NCBI GenBank assembly: GCA_002269645.1
Contig: NIVC01001691.1
Location: forward strand, 1-64,000
Direction: 5' to 3'
From: Macrostomum lignano
Lineage: Eukaryota
Length of the DNA stretch: 64,000 nt
The notes under the pieces: model-generated
What the model was told of the DNA's origin: nothing
What the model saw: only the letters and a program-made list of their open reading frames with translations
Database searches by the model: none
Shown here: positions 1-9,525 of the stretch, one piece after another
Layout: every line of letters starts with the position of its first letter
How positions within the stretch are numbered: the first letter of the stretch is position 1
Made by a program: the position numbers and the translations under genes

Positions 1-1745
1 CCAAAACTCAAATAGATGATTCTAAATTTAAAACGCAATACGGCGATTCTTATACCAAAACCGAAGTTGATAATTCCCTAAATTTAAAACGGAATGTTGC
101 TGATTCCTATACCAAAACTGAAGTTGATAATTCCCTAAATTTAAAAAGAGATATAACTGATTCCTATACCAAAACCGAAGTTGATAATTCCCTAAATTTA
201 AAAAGAGATATAACTGATTCTATAGCAAAACTGAAGTTGATAATTCTTAAATTTAAAAAGAGATATAACTGATTCCTATACCAAAACGAGGTTGATAATT
301 TAGTTGGAGGTGGAGCCCCAAAACAGGATCGATTCCAAACGGTTGAAACGGCCACATACCTACCATGGCAGATTGGAGTGGAAATGGTTTTGCAATACGC
401 AAGCACAGCATTTAATACAACTGATTTTGCAAGTTGGAAAGCTTTGATGGATAATGCAATGGAGATAATGCAACAGATTGCGACCAATAATACTCAAACC
501 GATTATTGGATTCAAGTCCAATGCCCTTCCGCAATAATGTGTTATAAAATGATTTACGTGGTAGCCATCACCTTCAACGAGCACCAGCATCATGGCGATT
601 TGAGGGAAGTAATGACAATACAAGTTGGGACGTATTAATACCTGCGGATAGTTCTGTAGCAATAAATAACTCAACTCAAACAATGTCACACAAAATTTTG
701 ATAAAACATATTCATATTTCAGATTGTTCTGTCTTACATCAACCTCGGGTTCAACCAACCGGGTCTGTCAACCTTCCAGATTTATAGACAGACGTTTACA
801 ATTCTTGATTTAAATTTGGGAGTGGTTAATCAATCAATTGATATGGGAGGTAATACAATTACTAATATCTCTACTATAAACAATAACAGTTCTGTTGTTA
901 CTAAAGGTTATGTTGATACGCGAGTAACACAAACGGCGGATGGCGAATGTCTTTTAACGATAAAATAAAATTGGATGGAATACCTGCAATCGATGCCGCT
1001 TTGTACGAGCCTGTAATTTGCAATTGGACTGGATATCAAAACCCAACCACAGCCGGTGATATTTTTCCAACTGGAAGTTTTGTTGGTAACGCTACTTATA
1101 TTGATTATCAAAATGGAGCTAGAATTACTGATGAAGCAAGTGGTCAGTCTGGAGCGTTGCAATTTAATTTCACCCATTTTCGTAATATCTCCGCCTCCTT
1201 CTATTTCCGAGTTGCTAATGCTACAGGAAGTGGTGCTGATGCGGTTGGTTTTATGCATATTGTCACGAACGTCCAACAAGTGAATTTGGATCCGGGTTAA
1301 CAACCGCGCCGGCTTGATTGTGTTTGCGAGTGAATGGCATGATAGAGTTGGGGTTGTTTGGAGCAATATAAAATCAGACGGTGCAACAGCTCGTAATGAT
1401 GTTCTTAATGACGCAGATCAAACTATAACCTATGCTAATATTGATAACGGCGATTGGCATCTTTTTGAAATTAATATTTTAAATCAAAGAGTTTGGTATC
1501 AAATAAGCACATACAATGTATCAGCTAATACATATACGCTAATTGGGCAAAACTTTTTTACATATGATAGTGGAACTTGGGGAGATTTAGATAAAACGGG
1601 AACTCTTATGGGTTTTGGTGCTCGAACTGGAGGATCGGATGCTGCACATTTTATTCGTGGTGCAGCCGTTTGTGGTAGCACATCAGCAGGATATGATTTT
1701 GCTGCGACCGCATATTTGGAACGGCCACAAACCGAAATCGCCTAA
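1..1745 (+). pseudogene. Fibre/receptor-binding-like protein, 5'-truncated and frameshifted: YTKTEVD repeats, discoidin/F5-8C-like domain, neck motif, L-type (legume) lectin domain
   Basis: 57-nt repeats encode YTKTEVDNSLNLKR(D/N)(I/V)(T/A)DS (units at 51, 108, 165, 221, 277). Manual frame repair gives DLRG..PASWRFEGSNDNTSWDVL..YSYFRL..GLSTFQIY, then IDMGGNTITNI..TKGYVD, then RITDEASGQSGA..SASFYF..GADAVGF..DNGDWH..GFGARTGG..HFI. This joins track ORFs 378-638, 947-1300 and 1314-1745. Confidence 0.75.
3..300 (+). repeat. Coding 57-bp tandem repeat (19-aa YTKTEVD unit), about 5.5 copies
   Basis: TATACCAAAACCGAAGTTGATAATTCCCTAAATTTAAAA unit recurs every 56-57 nt. Confidence 0.9.
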
Positions 1746-1831
1746 GGCTAAAGCCTAAGTCGCGAACCAAAGGTTCGATCGTATCGAAGATACGCGTGCT
1801 ATGCACAATACCTTAAATATTTCTATATAAA

Positions 1832-2059
1832 ATGGCGTTTAGTAGAACCCCATCGATGCGGCAAAGTAATGTTATCATTCCAATTCCTAAACAAGAATCA
1901 AATATAAAAACATTCAAATCTCATACCAAATTTTTATTTAGTACTGTAAATGTTCAGGATAACAAGAAGCTTCAAGAATTAATTAAACTATTAAAAAATC
2001 ATATTATACTTCAAGAGTTTTGGAAGATTGGATTAAATGGGAGAAAAAAGAAAGAATAA
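1832..2059 (+). CDS. Small viral hypothetical protein (75 aa; may continue into 2037-2240 via a frameshift)
   Basis: ATG in a TATATAAAATG context like other element genes; no recognisable domain. Confidence 0.45.
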   Translation: MAFSRTPSMRQSNVIIPIPKQESNIKTFKSHTKFLFSTVNVQDNKKLQELIKLLKNHIILQEFWKIGLNGRKKKE

Positions 2060-2143
2060 GTCCGATACAATACCTATTAAGCTCCGGGCAAATACCCAAA
2101 GAGCGTGGGGAATTCATTTTGGTGCTATTAAAAATAGACGAGA

Positions 2144-2827
2144 ATGTCGGTATCTGAAGCAGATAAAAGGGAACGTGACCATTTTGACCGAACCGAAGGT
2201 TCGCGTGCTATGCACGACCAACGCAAGGGTCACATGTTAAGTAATGTTGATCGTATTAACTATGATTATGATTTATATACTAAAAAAGTAAGAAGAGTTT
2301 CAAACCATATAAGAAATATGGATTTTTTCAATATTGGATTTGGAAGCTTATCGATGTTATGTGTAATTGTTTTAGGTGTTTTACAATCATTTCCAACTCT
2401 TAATTTATCTCAATTATTTTTAGGTATTTCAATTGGCTCAATATCAGGTTTTGAATTGATCAGGAACTTATCAATACTTTTAGCAATTAAATTATATCTT
2501 AAAAAAAGAAAGGAAAAATATAAATCTTTAAGAGATGTTGCAAAACAATATAAAAATCAATTATATTTATATGTGCAAAAAATATTGGATGACGGAGAGA
2601 TAACTATTCATGAATTATCAACCGCGGTTGAGTTATATGAAAAATATTTAAAAGATAGAAATAGAATTTTGGATGTTGAAACTTTTACCGATATGGAATT
2701 GAAGGAATTGCGTTTGGACAAACCCAAAGCTCCTCCGATAGAAACTATTGAATACAAACCGGAAACTATGAGTATGGGAGTACAAAGCCCGAGGTCAGGT
2801 AGTGCGGTAGAACTTAATGTTGTTTAG
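2144..2827 (+). CDS. Polinton/adintovirus membrane protein, 'gasderminX'-like
   Basis: Two hydrophobic segments (FFNIGFGSLSMLCVIVLGVL; LFLGISIGSISGF..LSILLAI) followed by K..KY..LA.......VQKILDDGEITIHEL....ELYEKY, resembling the KALxDxxISxxEF..KY signature I recall from adintovirus gasderminX proteins. Confidence 0.6.
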   Translation: MSVSEADKRERDHFDRTEGSRAMHDQRKGHMLSNVDRINYDYDLYTKKVRRVSNHIRNMDFFNIGFGSLSMLCVIVLGVLQSFPTLNLSQLFLGISIGSISGFELIRNLSILLAIKLYLKKRKEKYKSLRDVAKQYKNQLYLYVQKILDDGEITIHELSTAVELYEKYLKDRNRILDVETFTDMELKELRLDKPKAPPIETIEYKPETMSMGVQSPRSGSAVELNVV

Positions 2828-3307
2828 TTTTTCTAATGCATATGTTATATATTCTTCCCAAAGTGGTAATTCTCTTGTAATCCTAGGTTTAAATTTTTTA
2901 TCAATACATAAAAATTCCAATGACTTTTTCAGTAACATTTCGTTAGGTATGTTACCTATCCTTATAAACTTTGTATTCTCTCGAATAAGAAAATTAAAAT
3001 AATATCCAACTAAAATTAAAATCCTTTCAGCGTCTTTCGAACTTAATCCCTTTCCTTTATTTAAATGGAAAAAGTTATTATATAAATAAACATTATTTCC
3101 GGGAATTAAAATTGGATGAGAAATGTCCATTGTAAGATTTCTTAAAATTGTATTTTTAAAATAGTAATATGAGTTTTCAATCTTTTTTGTTTTTTCAAAT
3201 TGATATATTTTAGAACATGAATAGCACATATGATATATATCTCCGTTTGCTGTTTGCCCTCTGTGCATAGTCACATTACATTTATTACAAACATAAATGT
3301 CTTTCAT
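2795..3307 (-). CDS. Viral hypothetical protein with N-terminal Zn-ribbon (CNKC...CYSC)
   Basis: 170-aa ORF, A-rich start context, two CxxC pairs. Confidence 0.6.
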   Translation of the reverse strand: MKDIYVCNKCNVTMHRGQTANGDIYHMCYSCSKIYQFEKTKKIENSYYYFKNTILRNLTMDISHPILIPGNNVYLYNNFFHLNKGKGLSSKDAERILILVGYYFNFLIRENTKFIRIGNIPNEMLLKKSLEFLCIDKKFKPRITRELPLWEEYITYALEKLNNIKFYRTT

Positions 3308-3334
3308 TTTTTTGTTATTTTTTTAGATTAAAAA

Positions 3335-3664
3335 ATGGAGAGCTGGTTCAAAACCGATTCTAATGTGATTAATTATCTCACACCCAATATATTGGAGAAT
3401 AAAGAATATAATATTATATGTTTGAGACAGGTTAAATTTATTGGGCTTCAATCAATATTTTTACAATTAGATGGGCAAAAAATTTTATGTCTAAGCGGAG
3501 ATGATGTTAAAAATTTTCCTGTTTTAGTTATTAATAAACCTAAAGCGTTTGTTATGAAATACAGTCTGGAGAGTGGGTTGCAATTTAAACTAAAACAACC
3601 AAAAAATAAAAAGAGTGATAGGACTGTAAAATTGGCTTCGGTTTGGGAGGATGACCCCGAATAA
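3335..3664 (+). CDS. Viral hypothetical protein (109 aa)
   Basis: Complete ORF, AAAAAATG start, tightly packed between neighbours. Confidence 0.55.
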   Translation: MESWFKTDSNVINYLTPNILENKEYNIICLRQVKFIGLQSIFLQLDGQKILCLSGDDVKNFPVLVINKPKAFVMKYSLESGLQFKLKQPKNKKSDRTVKLASVWEDDPE

Positions 3665-3685
3665 GTTTAAATTTTTTATAAGAAA

Positions 3686-4093
3686 ATGGAGACAATCGTG
3701 CAAAGCACGCGTATCGATGATACGATAAAAATCCTTATCACTAAAGAGCGTGAACTTAATGATATTAATAAAAAAATAAATAATATGTTTTATAGTGATT
3801 ATGGTGATCGAACGAAGTTCGCGTATTTATACGATGATATGTTTCCTATCCGATACGACTTGGATAAAAGAAAACGTTTTATACAAAAAGCAATTAATTA
3901 TGCTGAAATAGTAATTGAAATTGAAATTGATCGTCTTGTTAGAAAAATAAAAAAACTTAGGAAAAAAATAAAGGATTGTTTAAGTTACCCTGCCGACTGT
4001 GAGGATAATTGGTGCTCAATAATATATGAAATTGAAGTTAATGATTTGCTCAAACAATTACATGCTTTGGTTTTTTACAGACCCGATAAGTAA
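3686..4093 (+). CDS. Viral hypothetical protein (135 aa), carrying two in-frame twin-hairpin inserts
   Basis: Complete ORF with TATAAGAAAATG start; overlaps the PolB 3' end by 36 nt. Confidence 0.55.
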   Translation: METIVQSTRIDDTIKILITKERELNDINKKINNMFYSDYGDRTKFAYLYDDMFPIRYDLDKRKRFIQKAINYAEIVIEIEIDRLVRKIKKLRKKIKDCLSYPADCEDNWCSIIYEIEVNDLLKQLHALVFYRPDK

Positions 4094-7000
4094 TTTTTCT
4101 GTTAATCTCTTCCAGTTATCCAAGACTTTTTCCTTGTTTAATTTTTTAAGTTCTTTTGGAAATGTTGAATAATAATTATCTATATCTTTTTCATATTCTA
4201 GAAATGTATTATATTCACAATCACATTCGGATTCGCAATCACAATCGTAATAATAATTATTTATTGCCTCTTTGTATTCATTATATTTGCTTATTATATC
4301 TTCTTTTTGTTTTTTATCTTTTATCATATTTTTTATCTCTTCTTTTAAACCATATGGATATGTTTTAATTTTATCATCTAAATATCTTTTATCATCAAAT
4401 GGACTTAATGTTTTTTTATCTGTCTCGATGACAAACATCTGATGCTTATCTGAATTTAATCGATATTGTGGAGCATGATAATTTTCAATTGTATTAAGGT
4501 AATCTAAAAGTACGTTTTTATAATCATCAAATGTTATCTTTTTAACTGCTGCCCTTGATACCCCTTTTATTTTTTTTACCTCTCCCTCCTGTCCTAAAAC
4601 TTTAAATGCATAGCATTTTGATCTTATTGCTATAAACTCGGTTATGATTTTGCTATTTAATTCATCTTTCATTTTAAGTACAACTTTTTTATTTTGATCT
4701 GATTTTAAAGGATGGTTATCCGGATAGTCGGAGGTATCCAGTGTATCCTTAATTTTTTCCATATCTTTATAGACATCGAACCTTTGGTTCGCAGACTCCG
4801 TCCGGTCATCTGTTTCAACCTTAAATACCAAACTGTCGGTGTCTGCATATATTGGATAGTTATCTGGCCATGTTTTATTTATAACATCATAATAATATTC
4901 ATACATTACTAGCTTTGCATAATCTAAAACAACCATTCCAATAAATATTGGTTTAAGAAATTTTGTTGTTTTATTTCTCATATGAATACCCATAAAGTTA
5001 TCATCAAATTTTATAAAATCTTTTAAGTTAGGTTTTGAGAAATATTTCTTTGCTTTATCAATATCCTTTTCTAAATGGAATTGGGTTCTATCTCTAATAT
5101 TTTCAACCGTTTTTCCATAAAAAGCATTATTCATTAATTTCCAATAATCTTTCTCAAAATTAGTTTTTGACATCTGTCTCTGATTTGAATTAAAGTCAAT
5201 ATATTTAGCTAACCAATCTTCCTCAATAAACGATATTGTTCGATGTACTTTAGACACTTTTAATCCCTGCTTTTCATAAAATTGTAGAAGCTTATAATGC
5301 ACTACATAGTTTTTCTTATCATGTAAATTTAATATTAATTTTTTTGTTGCTAGATGTTTTGCATTATCTGCTTTAAGATAATCTTTTTGTGTTTGTGATA
5401 AATCATCTTCATTAACTGAACAATGCTCTGGAGCTAAAGGATATTTATATGTTTTTGCTTTTGCTTCTCGAGTATATTGCAAATCCACTTCTACGATACA
5501 ACCCCTTCCTTCGGGAATATTTTTGTAATAATCGGGGTCATCTTCCCATTGGAAATCAGCTATTGGTAATTTTTGTTTCATACAACCACCGTATAAATTG
5601 TTTGCATCTAGATATAATACATATGATGATTTTTCTTTTTTATTATAATTTGGTAGATATTTATTATTTACTTTAGTATATCTATCTCCTAGTACACCGA
5701 GAATCCGCCGCGAATTCCTCTCTCAATCATTAACAACATATCATGATCAGTTAGTAAATCAATCTTAACATCTGTATGTTTCAAACCACAAGCCCATGTT
5801 AATCCCGGTGCACTGAAACAATATGCGGGATCAATTTTAAAATTCTCATATGTATGATTCCTAAAGTTTTCAAATGCATCAGCTAATAGGAGAACATCTG
5901 CTTTAAGATATAGATTATGATAATCTTTAAATGTTTTACAATTAAAGTATTTCCATACTTTTTGAGCGTGTTCATAATCCGATTCACTTATATTTGTTTG
6001 TGATAATGTTGAATAAAACTTTTCTATGGGTGGTAATTCGGTATGAAAAAATACGTCTTCAGATGTTACATATTCATATGGATAGATGCCCTTACGAGTT
6101 AATAGCATTAGTTCTTCCTCGGATAGTTTTTCCTTTTTGAAACGATTCAATAGTATTGGAAAGTTTTTCTTTACTATTTCTAAATCCCACGGTTTTGGAA
6201 CAAGTGATGAAACAACATTTGCTAAAGATGTTGATAAGAATCTCAAGGAATCTAGAAAAACTAGATGGGAGTATTTCTTACCATATGTTATTGATATGTA
6301 ATTTTCTGATGTTTTAGGTAATATATTTATTTCATATTCATCCTTTCCTAAATGAAGCAATTCTCGAACTAGGAAATGAAAATCATATCCGGATCCATTA
6401 TGAAAAAATACTGGTATTTCCTTACATCCTTTTCCTTCTTTTGCATTACATGATCTACATGCTGCCCCTCGATAAATTCCCGTTAGATGACAATGTTCTC
6501 GTATCTTATTTTTCTTACTTAAATATCTTTTGCACATAAAACAATTTGTTGCATTTTTATAATTGTTTCTATCCTTATCTGTCATAATAATATTTTTTGA
6601 TAATTTATCATATTGATTTTGAATATATTCAAATACATTTACTAATGATTCTGCCATGTGCTTAGCTGCATCATTACCGTGGTAAGTAATCATCCTTGAT
6701 TTAAATATATGATCAGCTACAGAGTGTACATATATACAATAACTATTCGGAAACTGTTGTGCCAATTTTTTTGTGCATTCACCATCAGATACTGTTTGTG
6801 GTTCTTTTAAGGGAACATTTGTTGCTTCAAAATCAGCATATATTACTATTGGTTTTTTAACTGCCATATAATGTTGTTGGAACATTAGGGTTGCATCTTC
6901 ATAAGCTGGCATTATAGCATTAGTAAATTTGTGATCTAAACAAAATCGTTGGTGGTTTTTAAGAGCTGTTTCATCCTTTTTAAATGTGAAACAATTTCTA

Positions 7001-8028
7001 CATAGTGGATATCTATTTTTATTTTCTTCTAAAAATGAACTAATGTCCTTTATGTATATATAATGTGTTTCATTTTCACGCTGTATGTACAAAAGGTCGA
7101 TTTGATCTGGTGCTGTTATATCAGTTGCTGGCTTAACAAGATAACACCTTTTCTTATACCATTCTGGATCGGTTAAAATTTCTTCTAGATCTTCTGGTTC
7201 TTCAATTGTAAACACATTAATATTTAAACCATTCATTTTTTCAATCTTATATATATCATCTATTGCTACTGGGTATGATATGTTTTTCATTATTATTTCA
7301 TCCTCATATTGTCTATAATTATATATTTTATTAATGTGTGATTCTACTTGATTGTGATATTTATGAATTAATAAACACCATAATAAACATTTATTATCTT
7401 TATTGTCTGGATTTATAATCATATGTGATTTAAATTTGAGCTTCATATGTGATCGTCCTTTAAGAATTTCTATAGGTGCAATCTTTACTATTGCTGAATT
7501 ACAGGATACAAATATAAACCCAGATCCGTTTTCTGTCATCTTATCTATCCATTCATCAAACTCAGCTTCTATTTGATCGAATTGATTGTTGTAATTTCCC
7601 ATTGATAATAATGTTTTATATGATTCTTGTGAAAAGTTATTTATTACTTCAATTTCTGAATTTGCATTAAGAATATTTGGTTTTTTAAATTCTGTTTCAA
7701 CTTCTATTTTATACTTAATTGGCTGTAGTTTGTTATTTGGCCTTATAGTATAATTATTTAATATGGTCTTTAATTTATCTTTCATTTGTTTAAAATATTC
7801 TTTATAATTTGTATTTATATCTATATCTATATATATTACTTCAGCTCCATTTTGTCCTTGTGGTTGGGAGTTATCAATATCATTTAATTGTCTTTCTAAA
7901 CGTATCTCATTTTCTGCCCTAACTCTAGCTTCTATTTCAGCCCTATCGGCAATTCGTTGTGCTTCGATTTGAGCTATTAATTGTGCTCTAAGTTCCGGGT
8001 TGTCGATTTGAGCTAAAATTGCTTCCAT
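4058..8028 (-). CDS. polB: Protein-primed family B DNA polymerase with terminal-protein-like N-terminus and EndoVII-like insert; one -1 frameshift at ~5697
   Basis: ExoI YADFEA, ExoII FHNGSGYD, ExoIII YLKADV, RKGIYPYEY, GIRGG, motif A YLDANNLYG (5590-5625, between the two track ORFs), motif B KLMNNAFYGK, motif C YADTDS, C-terminal DDKRY..TYPYG. Adding one G at 5697-5698 reads GIRGGFSGVLGDRYTKVNNKYLPNYNKKEKSSYVLYLDANNLYGGCMKQKLP and joins 5689-8028 to 4058-5581. Confidence 0.95.
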
Positions 8029-8112
8029 TTTATAGAATAAAATTTATATAATGTTTGAATTATTGATTTTTTAATTTTGTGTTTTTGGTGTCCAGACCCT
8101 CCCCCCAGGAGC

Positions 8113-9104
8113 CTATTCGAGATCTGCTTTTGGTAATAGCAATCCATTGCCCATAACGTTTGAATTTAAGAAAATTCCTGAACCTGCTTTTGGTCGCATT
8201 TCGAGATATAATCCGCTTCCGTCGTGTTTTTCAATGATATTAAAATCTTTTCCTAATTTATTAAAAATTTTCTGAACAGCTGGTCTAAAATTGGATCCAA
8301 TATTGTCAAAAAATCCTTTAGCTTTCTCACCCGTTTTTTCTAAAGTTTGGCCAAATTCATGTAGTTTATCTGCGACAACTCCGCTTCCTTGGGTTGTTCC
8401 TTGTAAAAGTAAACCATTGCCATGATTTGATCCTTTTAGTATTAACCCTTTTCCAGCTGATAACCTAGCTTCTGCATTTCTTTTTTGCTCAGCTGTTGCT
8501 GAACTACTATTAATTGTATCGATAAGTTTTTGTTTAAATTGTGCGTCCTGCGTTATTTGCTGTCTTTGAAATTCGGCCTCTCTTTTAGCTTTTTCGTCCG
8601 CAGCTTTTTTGTCATTTACTGCTTTTGCAATTCCAGCTGCTCCGCCAGCAACTCCTCCAGCTGCTCCAATTCCTGCAAAAATTATTGGGAGCAAAGCTGC
8701 AAGGGGCAAGATTCCCCCTGTTTCGCTCTTAACTCTCCTAGCTGTTTTACATTATCATGAATTCTTTTTCCGGCTAAACCGACTGCTCCAGCTGCGCCAA
8801 GTCCTAAAAGAAGCGGTAGAATGGGTAGTAATCCGCCGTCCTTTTTAGTGTGAGTCTCCATTAAAAATTTCACATCGGAGTCTGTCAACCTATAATTTCT
8901 GCCGCGATTCTTAAAGGATATTGGCCTTCCTTCTTGTGCATATTTTGCTGCGAGTTTAAATGTATCGATGTCGTAGTCAAACTTTTTACCTAATCGATCC
9001 AATCTTTTTAACATTGTGTGGGTTTGCTTATTATCATCAAGATTTAAGGTATCTACAATTTCTCCTATAAAATATAACCGGTTTTCATCATTAACTGAGT
9101 CCAT
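8113..9104 (-). CDS. Polinton core/virion protein (GGxLP...AGGAAGIAKAVND type with GxGL repeats); one frameshift at G5 run 8714-8718
   Basis: ORF 8682-9104 ends KKDGGLLPILPLLLGLGAAG..RAKQG. One extra G gives KQGGILPLAALLPIIFAGIGAAGGVAGGAAGIAKAVNDKK and joins ORF 8113-8709, which has GKGLIL, GNGLLL, GSGLYL, GSGIFL and GNGLLL repeats. Confidence 0.7.
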
Positions 9105-9114
9105 TTTTATATTG

Positions 9115-9525
9115 TTAAAATTTCTTTAATCCTTTTCCACCTTTAATAGTATTTAACATTTTATTAAAATCCTGAATATCTTTATTACTTATTGGCGTGG
9201 TTTTCGTGGGGGTTTCTGTTGGTTGTGCGGCTTGGGTTGCTTCCTGTGCTAATTTCAAATCTTTTATTGCTTTTATCTGTGAGAGGGTATCGTTAAATTC
9301 TCTCAATTTCTTTAGTTCTTCTGCTGATCTAGCTGCATCAATTCCGCCTTTTACAGCATTTGTTATAGAGCCTGCTGCAGAGCCAGCTTGCCCTATAAGC
9401 CCCATATTGTCTTTAACGAAATTTGCTGCTGTTCCAACCAAATCAAAAAGTCCCTCACCTCGGTATTCAATTGGATCTCCTACCTGATACTCATTTATAT
9501 TTTGCACATGTGTAACGTGTGTCAT
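9115..9525 (-). CDS. Polinton core/virion protein with amphipathic Gly/Ala helix (GEGLFDLVGTAANFVKDN); probable start MTHV at 9525
   Basis: ATG at 9525 in ACAAAAAATG context; GxG plus amphipathic helix, and a GGKGLKKF C-terminus. Confidence 0.6.
   Translation of the reverse strand: MTHVTHVQNINEYQVGDPIEYRGEGLFDLVGTAANFVKDNMGLIGQAGSAAGSITNAVKGGIDAARSAEELKKLREFNDTLSQIKAIKDLKLAQEATQAAQPTETPTKTTPISNKDIQDFNKMLNTIKGGKGLKKF

Noticed and set aside
5689-5700. Programmed frameshift or genuinely split PolB
   Set aside because: There is no slippery heptamer, and the break separates GIRGG from motif A by a single missing G, the same error type as elsewhere.
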